DNA of 64,000 nt from a virus (lineage: Duplodnaviria > Caudoviricetes): IMG/VR virus record IMGVR_UViG_3300011701_000001, positions 1 to 64,000 of that record, one strand, 5' to 3'. The notes beneath the pieces were generated by a model that was not told the DNA's origin, did not search any database, and was given only the letters and a program-made list of their open reading frames with translations. Position numbers and translations under genes: made by a program. Below, in pieces: positions 7,862 through 16,346 of the stretch; position 1 is the first letter of the stretch; each line of letters opens with the position of its first letter.

Positions 7862-9910
7862 TTACCAATCAGGTAACTCTACATCATCTTCTACATAGTT
7901 ACTTTGGACATTCTCGTACTCATCTGGATTGCTTGTAATTAAATCTAATGAGTATCCGGAATCAATATCAATATCTTCAACATTCTTACCAATATCATCA
8001 ACAAAGAACCCTGCTGCGCTTGCGTCAGAATACGGGTACAGTCTATTGGCTTTAGAGCGATAAAATAATTTAGCAATATGACGACCTGTTCGTTGATCAG
8101 TTCGGTTTTTAAACAAACTAATTAAAGTTGTATTACGCTCAATATCATCAACAGCTTCTTTGTTTCGCTCAATACCAATGTTCACTGTAGCTAATGAAAT
8201 CAACATACGACTACCTTCACCATCCTCCTCCGCAAGCTCACCACCTTGAGAAGCATTCTTACCAGAAGATAAGTTTTTGCGAGTATGTTGAACTGTAATA
8301 ACGAGCGCATCGTGTTCTAGCCGAATGTTCTGATCAATCCAAACCAATAAGTCGTTAAAGTCCTTATCAGTATTACACATTGCTTTTAACGAAAGTACAG
8401 GGTCAATCCAAAAGACCTTAACATTCTCCACCTTAACAAGACGCAATAACATCTTTTTAAACTGTTCAATACTCTTTGGAACTTTTGAGATAAAGTAATA
8501 TTTAGGTTTACCGTCCTCACCAATAACTCGATCCATGTATTTTTGACGTTGACTCTCGTAAAAATCAATACGGTTTTGCTTACCTGAAATCTGAATGATA
8601 TTCTTACCAACCATAGCTGATACTTCTTTAATACCATATCGACCACTAGATGCTTCAAAAGAGTTTACACACTGATTATAAGGGGAGGTATCAATCCAAC
8701 CATCTTTCCAAGCATCGATAATAGTTGATTTACCTGACGATGTTGCAGCAATAACGTTGACCCACTCACCTAAGCCAATTTCACCGTCAGTGAAAAACTT
8801 AGCTAAATCTTTAAGAAAATAAGGGAACTTGATTTTCTCTTGATTTAAAACTCGGAGTCCTTCATCAAACAACTCATCAGCACCCATAATACCAAAGTCA
8901 TCAACTGGTTGAGCATTCCAATAAATATCTTGCGCTAGTCGCAGACTGTCCAACTTGTATTCAGCAGGGTCTTTTAATTCACCAAAGTTAGCCGTATAAC
9001 ACTGTTCGGATGGTAGAACAGATAAAGCTGCATCAATAGCTTTCCAACCAGCATCATCGTTATCTAAAGCAAGGATAATTTTCTTATGAGATACTACCCA
9101 ATCGTAATCAGAACGAATACTTTCAACAACACTCTGCTCACCAATAGTAGTTGATACAACATTGATGTTATGAGTCTTATATTTAGTCATCAAATCATTG
9201 ATTGCTCCCTGAGTAGTTATATAATCAATAGCTCCACCAACAATAATCAAAGTATCAGCAACTTTAGGATTATAACTCTTACCAACCCACTCGTTTACTT
9301 CTACAGAAGAATATCCAATTGTATAAAATTTCTTATCTGCTACAACTCGAACCTGATAACCAGTTAAATGACGATTCTCACCATCAAAGTAATAAAATGG
9401 TACATACATTTTTACCACCTTATCATCTTCGATTTCATATCGAATACCATTTTTTCGAGAAACATCATTATATCGTTGTAGACCTCGATATTTTACACTC
9501 AATGTATCTACTGTATTACTCTCGATCTTATCAATTTCTTCTTGAGTAATAAACTTCTCTTTAACACCTTTACCTAATCGTTTAACTCGACTTTTAACAC
9601 TGTTATTAATAACACTTTTGTTCAACTTTTTTCTCCCAGAATTATCTAAATCTTCCTCCACATAACTAAGTGATGGAATCGTAAAATGATCTTCTCTAAA
9701 GCATTTTGCACCTAATGGTTTACCATCGCTATCCAATCCAAATACATGAAGATTATTACAACTATTATCAAGTCCTTGTTCAGCACAAGATAAACATTGA
9801 TAGTTTCCCTTTACATTGAAATCAATATGAGAAACATCGTGACCCTTCCACTCTTTAATATAGTAAAATCTTTCACCATTAGAAGATTCATCAAACAACC
9901 AAACACTCAA
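7862..9910 (-). CDS. Primase-helicase (T7 gp4-like)
   Basis: N-terminal Cys Zn-binding region, TOPRIM LALDNDDAG and KDP motifs, DnaB-type Walker A ATSSGKST, H.RK and KNR motifs. Confidence 0.9.
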   Translation of the reverse strand: MSVWLFDESSNGERFYYIKEWKGHDVSHIDFNVKGNYQCLSCAEQGLDNSCNNLHVFGLDSDGKPLGAKCFREDHFTIPSLSYVEEDLDNSGRKKLNKSVINNSVKSRVKRLGKGVKEKFITQEEIDKIESNTVDTLSVKYRGLQRYNDVSRKNGIRYEIEDDKVVKMYVPFYYFDGENRHLTGYQVRVVADKKFYTIGYSSVEVNEWVGKSYNPKVADTLIIVGGAIDYITTQGAINDLMTKYKTHNINVVSTTIGEQSVVESIRSDYDWVVSHKKIILALDNDDAGWKAIDAALSVLPSEQCYTANFGELKDPAEYKLDSLRLAQDIYWNAQPVDDFGIMGADELFDEGLRVLNQEKIKFPYFLKDLAKFFTDGEIGLGEWVNVIAATSSGKSTIIDAWKDGWIDTSPYNQCVNSFEASSGRYGIKEVSAMVGKNIIQISGKQNRIDFYESQRQKYMDRVIGEDGKPKYYFISKVPKSIEQFKKMLLRLVKVENVKVFWIDPVLSLKAMCNTDKDFNDLLVWIDQNIRLEHDALVITVQHTRKNLSSGKNASQGGELAEEDGEGSRMLISLATVNIGIERNKEAVDDIERNTTLISLFKNRTDQRTGRHIAKLFYRSKANRLYPYSDASAAGFFVDDIGKNVEDIDIDSGYSLDLITSNPDEYENVQSNYVEDDVELPDW

Positions 9911-9944
9911 AACCTTTCTCCAGAAATTTAATTACAACTAAATT

Positions 9945-10178
9945 TTAATCCTTACCGAACATCTTATCGTAATATTTATCTAATGTATCCGTATCTTTAG
10001 CAATTAAGAAATCCAAGTAAGTTTCTAAACACTGTAACTCATCAATACGAGCATTAACTTCGCTTTCATCCACATCATCCCAAGTGGCAAGGTCTTTTAA
10101 TTGCTTACCAATATAAACCTTAATGCACTTTAAACTTTCTACATCTTTAATCACTGTTATTCTCCTAAATAAGAACAA
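9945..10178 (-). CDS. Hypothetical protein
   Basis: ORF track; true start probably GTG after AGGAG. Confidence 0.6.
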   Translation of the reverse strand: MFLFRRITVIKDVESLKCIKVYIGKQLKDLATWDDVDESEVNARIDELQCLETYLDFLIAKDTDTLDKYYDKMFGKD

Positions 10179-10492
10179 TCATACAGGTTATCACTAATCT
10201 CTTGACGCTTGCGCTGAATCTCCAACCCAATTTTATCACACTCAAACACTAAATCCAATTTGCAATCAATAAGCTCTTCAACAGTGCTTAAGATGCTTTT
10301 AGAGTAACTACACGTCTTACCAACATGATCACTAAATAGGTTATGTTCATCAGATTTAACCAACTTATATAACTCCAGATTAAACTTAACCAACTTAGTA
10401 ATTCGCTTAATACGAGATTGATTGTGCTTTAACTTTTTCTTTAACTCAATAGTCTCATAATTCGTTGTTGGGTATTTAAAATAATTAGCCAA
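10157..10492 (-). CDS. Hypothetical protein
   Basis: ORF track; RBS present. Confidence 0.65.
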   Translation of the reverse strand: MANYFKYPTTNYETIELKKKLKHNQSRIKRITKLVKFNLELYKLVKSDEHNLFSDHVGKTCSYSKSILSTVEELIDCKLDLVFECDKIGLEIQRKRQEISDNLYDCSYLGE

Positions 10493-10531
10493 TATTACTC
10501 TCCTAAAACTAATGAACCAATTCTACACAAC

Positions 10532-10942
10532 TCAACACATCTTTTCAACTCTTATCCCATACTTCTTTAACAACTCCACACCAGTTGAATCCCTGTAGTC
10601 GTATTTGTAGAACACTTCTTTAATACCAGAATCAATAATCTCCAAACTGCATAACTTACAAGGACTGTGTGTAATAAACATTGAAGCACCAACACAACTC
10701 TCATGACTCTTACGAAGTTTATTTAATGCTTGCCGTTCTGCGTGGAATACAAACCAAGATGTCTCCCCATTTTCATCCTCACAAGCATTTGTATCCCACC
10801 CTGTAGGCGTACCATTGATCGCTAGAGAGATGATTCTCCCATCCTGTACTATGGTAGCACCCACCTTCAATCTACGCGCCTCAGAGGTCTTAGAGAACAC
10901 CTCAGTCATATCCATAAAGGCTTGTTTGTATTTCTCTTTCAA
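10532..10942 (-). CDS. dCMP deaminase
   Basis: KVGA, NGTP, HAE and PCKLC Zn motifs. Confidence 0.92.
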   Translation of the reverse strand: MKEKYKQAFMDMTEVFSKTSEARRLKVGATIVQDGRIISLAINGTPTGWDTNACEDENGETSWFVFHAERQALNKLRKSHESCVGASMFITHSPCKLCSLEIIDSGIKEVFYKYDYRDSTGVELLKKYGIRVEKMC

Positions 10943-10945
10943 CCT

Positions 10946-11197
10946 TTAAATCCCTCGTCTCACTTTAACACCACCTAATATAAACGTATGCTCATTTACA
11001 CGCTTGTAAAATTTCTTAAAGTTATGTGTATCAGTTAACTCAATAACATTCGTAATGTACTCAAACTCACTATTACGCATATCAATAAAATAAGAATTAT
11101 CTTCAAGTTGTAATCGTTTAAGACAACCGCCCACTTGCTGCAACCCTTCAAAGAATTTCTGAATCTCTTTGTACTCTTTATCTTGACCGTTGTTCAT
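10946..11197 (-). CDS. Hypothetical protein
   Basis: ORF track; operon packing. Confidence 0.6.
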   Translation of the reverse strand: MNNGQDKEYKEIQKFFEGLQQVGGCLKRLQLEDNSYFIDMRNSEFEYITNVIELTDTHNFKKFYKRVNEHTFILGGVKVRRGI

Positions 11198-11209
11198 GAA
11201 TTAACACCC

Positions 11210-11392
11210 TCACATATTATCAATGAATTGATCTAATTCATCTACAGCTTCTTCAATAGAAACACCTTTATGAAATAGTGCATGAATCTTACTTACGATT
11301 GGTTCGTATTGGTAATCATCTTTAGCAATATAATCACCTGTCTGTTCTTGATACTCTTTAATAACAGCTTTAGTAAATTGTTGTTTATTCAT
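11210..11392 (-). CDS. Hypothetical protein
   Basis: ORF track; AAGGAG RBS. Confidence 0.65.
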   Translation of the reverse strand: MNKQQFTKAVIKEYQEQTGDYIAKDDYQYEPIVSKIHALFHKGVSIEEAVDELDQFIDNM

Positions 11393-11407
11393 TAAGACTC
11401 TCCTTGA

Positions 11408-11587
11408 TTACTTTTTAACGCAATTTGCACTGTAAACTTTCTTGTTGTTCGCACGAAGAAATTTAGATGCTGACAAACAACTCTCTCTGGAAGAAAACTC
11501 AATAGATGTTACAGATACAGGTGTTGCAGTTGAACCGTTGTAATCGTGATGACCAAACCAATTCGTCATTAAAATCATAACCCACAT
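11408..11587 (-). CDS. Small hypothetical protein (59 aa, MWVMILM...)
   Basis: Manual ORF with AGGAG RBS. Confidence 0.6.
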   Translation of the reverse strand: MWVMILMTNWFGHHDYNGSTATPVSVTSIEFSSRESCLSASKFLRANNKKVYSANCVKK

Positions 11588-11632
11588 AAAACTCTCCTAA
11601 ATTAACTTGTTTAATACATCGTGTTGAGGAAC

Positions 11633-12067
11633 TCAATACAACCATGAATTATACTGTACATTGAAATCATCACTATTGTCAATCCAATTTAAAACAAAAT
11701 CGTAATCAGAAATTGATACATCAATAATAGCATTGTTTTTAATAACACTAGATGTAACACGTTCTAATCGCAAGAATCTCTGATCAGTATCATGAAAATG
11801 ATCGTAACGATTCAAGTAATCCTTATAGTTTTTACTTGGACTGTAATCTTTAGAGTATTCTTCAAAAGTTTTCAACTTCTTCCCGAAAACTTTACCAAAC
11901 AAAGTTCTATTCTCATAAGATTTTAACAATTCATTGTAAGATTCTTCAACTGTAAGATTAGCTCCACCATTATTTAAAATAAAATCTTGGAAGTTAGTAA
12001 AACCTTGCATAACCATATCGTAGAATTTATCAGCATCAATGTGAATCACTGTGTTAGTCTTTTTCAT
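11633..12067 (-). CDS. Hypothetical protein
   Basis: ORF track; RBS. Confidence 0.7.
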   Translation of the reverse strand: MKKTNTVIHIDADKFYDMVMQGFTNFQDFILNNGGANLTVEESYNELLKSYENRTLFGKVFGKKLKTFEEYSKDYSPSKNYKDYLNRYDHFHDTDQRFLRLERVTSSVIKNNAIIDVSISDYDFVLNWIDNSDDFNVQYNSWLY

Positions 12068-12729
12068 TATTTACTCACCTTAATATAAAAACCACACAGG
12101 TAATGTGGAATCTTCTCTTTATCAAAATTAAAAAGTTTAGCTACTCGTTCACTCACATACTCGACACGAATAGTATCACCATAACTCTTTTCTTCTTTAA
12201 CAATAAACATTACTATCTCCAATCAACTAAAGAAAACCTTGCAACCACATTTCTTACAACAAACGAAGTAGTGTCTACGCCACTTATCCTTACCTTTCTT
12301 TATTTTAGGTATATCGAAATTCAAGCATCTATAGCAAAGTTTTTTTACTCTTATCGAATTTATCATACAACATAAAACACCTATTTAATTTAATATTTAA
12401 TTAATTATGCACTATTTCAATAAACAAATCAACTGTTTTAAAAATACACTTAAACTCTTGATATTAAAGGTTGTTACAATTTACTACAATAAAACACTTG
12501 GATTTACATCTTGACAAGAGTATAGTGAATTTTTCTTTGGTCACTTTCTTTTAGACGATAATAGTCATAATCCTTAATGGGCATTCTGATAAGAATGCAA
12601 CGAATAACTGATAAGTTATTTGGATACTAAAGAATAACTCTATAAGATTAAACTTTAAGTAACAGAAATAGCAGTAATAGATTATATAAATAATAAAATA
12701 TTAAATACTACTGTTACTACCTCTAACTT

Positions 12730-14156
12730 CTATAAATTCTCTCTAATAAATTTAACTAACCTTTCATCTTGATCATCACCACAATGATTACAGATAGATT
12801 CAGCTACGTTAATCTTCTTACCGTTCCTACGTTCTATTACTTTAATCACCTTAGTAACGTACACACCATCACAACCTTCGACTAAGCATTTCTCTGTGTT
12901 ACTCAAGATATTATTCCTCACCAAACCATTCAATAAAAGTAAATAAGCAGTCCTTGTGGTAATAGTATTCTTTCGCTGTTAAGAAACATGCTCTACTACG
13001 CAACGTCCATGCCTTCTCATATCCACCAAAGTCAGCAATATAATTGATTGCATCTTCTATGCTTGGTTGTTCATAACCCATCTTAATATCCTCAGAAATA
13101 ATATTATCAAACATTACACTTATAACCAGTAAGTTTAACCAAATGCTCTACATGAAACCCACCGTACTGATTTGTACTAATAATGCCCTTTGGATTTAAT
13201 TCACTATCAATATCAACATACTTACCATGTGTCGGAGTATGTGCGATATTCTTACTTAACCAATTCAAAGTAAATTCAACACCATGTTTGTTTATAAATT
13301 TCTTTGCTTTATTGTATCCACTCATTCATAACCCTCCTCAAAATCTCTACAACTCTCACCCCACTTCTCTCCAGCATATTGATAAGCTTCACTTAACATC
13401 TCTTGTGCTGAGTCAATAAACTGTTGTAGATGTTCATCAGCTTCTTGATGGTGTCTTACACTGTCCTCTAACGTATTCTGAATAACAGAAATACGATCCA
13501 TAATTTCATACCAACCACAATTCATTCTTTAATCTCCTTAATAAAAGCATAAGTAAAACTCTCATTCAAAAACAAATCTAACCTTACATTTCTTGTCAGC
13601 TCATACCAACCTGTATTATTTCTGTTGTAGACTAATATGTAATCTTCAAAACCATAACCCCTCTCTTTGTCCAGAAACATTTTACAGATAACAGAACCTT
13701 CCATCTCAATAATGTCAGATTCGTTGTATTCTTTAGAGTAAAACCCTCTAACCCAATTACTAGCGTTGTTAAATCTCATTACTTGCATTTATTAATCTCC
13801 TTAATAATCTTAATCATCTCGATTGAGTGGTGCTTCTTTAAGTTGTGAATCTTATTTCGTAGAGTATGCAACTCTTCTAAGTATTCTCCCTGAACTTCTA
13901 GTAGGTTCTCTAGTTTCTCTATGTTATCAGAAACCAACAACCCTCGTATGTGGTAACTACTGTAAATGTCATTGTCCAATATCACATAACTATCTGCATA
14001 ATTTTTACTAACACCTGTAATAACGCTAATCTCTGGCCTAAATTCTATCTTACTTGGTGTCATGTAAACCAAACAGTATTTACCAATTAAATCTTTAATC
14101 ATTTTAAAACATCTCCTTAAAGTTTTTAATATAAGTTTCAATATTCTTTTTACCAA
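12730..14156 (-). other. Cluster of six small, tightly coupled hypothetical genes (12730-12933, 12911-13114, 13107-13325, 13322-13525, 13522-13788, 13779-~14102)
   Basis: Overlapping start/stop codons and GGAG RBSs; no recognisable family. Confidence 0.65.
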
Positions 14157-14463
14157 TAGGATTTTTACTGTGAACCACTACATTGAGATGATCACTTGGT
14201 ATGTTGTTATCAATAAAGAAATCTACTAACCATTTCGTAAAAGAGTAACCTGTAAGCTCACCATTTTCAGTAAACTCTTGTAAGTCATGATCTAAGCTGA
14301 ATAAGGTGTTCTTAAAATCAATAACATCTTTATATCGAATAATATCCTCAATCATTTGAGATGATGTTCTAAAGGTTCTAAACTGTTCAACATTATCAGG
14401 ATAACTAATCCAAGTTACATCATTGTAAACTCTTTCATCATCCAAGAAATAGCAGACTTTCAT
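14104..14463 (-). CDS. Cyclic-phosphate-processing receiver-like domain protein
   Basis: FLDDER...SLDHDL...TGY...VHSKNPIG motif set. Confidence 0.75.
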   Translation of the reverse strand: MKVCYFLDDERVYNDVTWISYPDNVEQFRTFRTSSQMIEDIIRYKDVIDFKNTLFSLDHDLQEFTENGELTGYSFTKWLVDFFIDNNIPSDHLNVVVHSKNPIGKKNIETYIKNFKEMF

Positions 14464-14744
14464 TTTAAAATATCTCCTAAATATTCTATACGAGGTTTGA
14501 CATATTCAATTGTATTCAAATCTACACCATATACAAATAAGTCTTTCTCTAATATTCTACCATGATGTACGGCAGCGTATGGTTTACCATTTAAGTTGAC
14601 TACATTTTTATTAGGGAAGTAATCAATAGTAATTTCACTCCAATATCCTTTTTGAACGAGGTGAAGAAGAACTGTGTCCATATAAGGACTTACTTTAATT
14701 TCACTTAGAAGTTTATTTTTCAAGGTTTCAAAAATCTTGTTCAT
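14460..14744 (-). CDS. Hypothetical protein
   Basis: ORF track. Confidence 0.6.
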   Translation of the reverse strand: MNKIFETLKNKLLSEIKVSPYMDTVLLHLVQKGYWSEITIDYFPNKNVVNLNGKPYAAVHHGRILEKDLFVYGVDLNTIEYVKPRIEYLGDILK

Positions 14745-14757
14745 ATTAAACAGTCAC

Positions 14758-15042
14758 TCAATCTTCGTAAAAATATTGACTAATACACCAATCAATGTGC
14801 TCTTTTACAGCTAACATGTGAATCTCGTGTAAGCTCTGACTGAACTCGTTAACTTCACCACTTCTAGCCAAAGAATATAACCCACTCGAATCGTTCAAAT
14901 CACACGTATTTTTCAACTTAGTGATTGTTTTTTGTTTACACACGTGCTGCTCTGGACAGTAGTAGAACTCACCAAATTTACCATTTCTAGTTAACATCTT
15001 TGTGTTACACGTTGGACAGAACATACCATTCTCCTCAATCAT
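14758..15042 (-). CDS. Zn-ribbon protein (topoisomerase I C4 finger-like)
   Basis: CPTC..KMLTRNGKFGEFYYC....C. Confidence 0.6.
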   Translation of the reverse strand: MIEENGMFCPTCNTKMLTRNGKFGEFYYCPEQHVCKQKTITKLKNTCDLNDSSGLYSLARSGEVNEFSQSLHEIHMLAVKEHIDWCISQYFYED

Positions 15043-15317
15043 TTTAACCCTTCCGTAAAATTCTTAAACTCTTTTTTAATGTAATCTTCATCTTGTGATT
15101 TAAGTAAAACCTCTTGGTGATGATAATCAACAGGATCACAATATCCGTAATTGTCAAAATCATAACGAGTACCAGAAGTGTACTTTACTAAACACCAAAC
15201 AGGGACTTTCTCATATTCACACAAAAATAACCACTTGCGATTCTTTACAACATCTTCAATACGTCGTTCAATCTTATACTCTACGACTTTATCCATAACA
15301 TCTCCTAAATACATCAA
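15039..15317 (-). CDS. Hypothetical protein
   Basis: ORF track. Confidence 0.6.
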   Translation of the reverse strand: MMYLGDVMDKVVEYKIERRIEDVVKNRKWLFLCEYEKVPVWCLVKYTSGTRYDFDNYGYCDPVDYHHQEVLLKSQDEDYIKKEFKNFTEGLK

Positions 15318-16201
15318 ACATTGGTGTTTGTACTCTTACCTTTCATCTTCAACATCTTAGCAAGAGTTGGGTTGTTTAACAAGTAATCAGGAATACCTTT
15401 TGTCGCATGAGGGTTGCCTTTCATACCATCTTTCCAGCCTTTAATCATACTCTTAGGGATAAATGGTTCTTTGTTGAGTTGTTCATCAATACGTTTCTGT
15501 TTCATGTGTTCAGCGTACAAGTGTCTTGGAATCCATTGTTTCTTTTGTTGCTGTATATTGCTGTGTAAGCTCTTTACAGCGTTGTTTTGTTGTTCATGTA
15601 CACATTTACCACCTACCTCTACATTCGAGCTATTAGGCGCTGTTTTTAAGCTCTCAAGCAAATCTCTAACAACGATTTCACCACACTCAATAAAATCTCG
15701 TTGTTTTGGTTTTAAAACAATTTCTTCATCTAAATTAAAATCTTTTTCGCTGTTAAGATTATTTTTAGATTTAATTAAAGATTCTTTTAGATTCTGTGTC
15801 CCAAATTTACCACCGTTACTAGGAAATTCCACACCGTTTATTGGTAAATTTACCACTGTTTCTTTGGAAATTTCATCCTGTTTATTTGGAGATTCTTTAT
15901 CTACCTGTGGATAACTTTCTTGTTTAACAGCATTAATCTTTAATACTCGAACTTGATTAGTTCCCCCTTTACGTTCACCTGTGTCAGAAACAAGACCTAG
16001 AGTAATAAGGTCATTAATTGTGTTCATAACAGTTTTTCTATCCATACCAGTATCTTTAACAACTCTTGCAATTGATGGGAAGCAAGTGTTCTCTTTGTTT
16101 GCACGATCTGCTAAAGCTAAAAGAACAAGTCGTTTAGCACTTCTCTTAGTTGTTTTTGACAAGTCACATTCCCACGCAAAACGTGTAGCATTAACACTCA
16201 T
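15314..16201 (-). CDS. Replication initiator with N-terminal winged HTH (prophage-type)
   Basis: AKRLVLLALADRAN...CFPSIARVVKDTGMDRKTV N-terminus typical of HTH_36-type phage initiators; internal iterons. Confidence 0.8.
   Translation of the reverse strand: MSVNATRFAWECDLSKTTKRSAKRLVLLALADRANKENTCFPSIARVVKDTGMDRKTVMNTINDLITLGLVSDTGERKGGTNQVRVLKINAVKQESYPQVDKESPNKQDEISKETVVNLPINGVEFPSNGGKFGTQNLKESLIKSKNNLNSEKDFNLDEEIVLKPKQRDFIECGEIVVRDLLESLKTAPNSSNVEVGGKCVHEQQNNAVKSLHSNIQQQKKQWIPRHLYAEHMKQKRIDEQLNKEPFIPKSMIKGWKDGMKGNPHATKGIPDYLLNNPTLAKMLKMKGKSTNTNV
15803..15882. repeat. Four iteron-like 15-mers (AAATTtaCcaCtGTT) at 21-22 bp spacing
   Basis: 15803 AAATTTACCACCGTT, 15824 AAATTCCACACCGTT, 15846 AAATTTACCACTGTT, 15868 AAATTTCATCCTGTT. 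Confidence 0.8.
15906..15914 (-). promoter_or_regulatory. Consensus DnaA box (TTATCCACA)
   Basis: TGTGGATAA on the plus strand, adjacent to the iteron array. Confidence 0.65.
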
Positions 16202-16230
16202 TACAAATCTCCGAATATTTTAAAGTGTGT

Positions 16231-16261
16231 TAAATTTACCACTGTTTTGTTTGAATGTAAA
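16231..16261 (-). promoter_or_regulatory. Promoter of the initiator gene overlapped by a fifth iteron
   Basis: TTTACA-17 bp-(TG)-TAAATT; 16231..16247 is identical to 15845..15861. Confidence 0.7.
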
Positions 16262-16274
16262 CCTGAAAGGCATT

Positions 16275-16306
16275 AAAAAACCCCACAATCCGAAGATTAT
16301 GAGGTT
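16275..16306 (-). terminator. Intrinsic terminator ending the structural operon
   Basis: Hairpin with a TTCG loop followed by T6 on the minus strand. Confidence 0.7.
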
Positions 16307-16346
16307 GTGTTTTAATTAAAGATCAGGGTCGGTGGTGGTTTGTTGG

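Noticed and set aside
15414-15914. 166-aa plus-strand ORF and similar antisense ORFs (3032, 3037, 20620, 22638, 30141, 37029, 46438, 58885, 63202)
   Set aside because: These are shadow frames opposite well-supported genes and lack RBSs; 37029 only mirrors the collagen codons.
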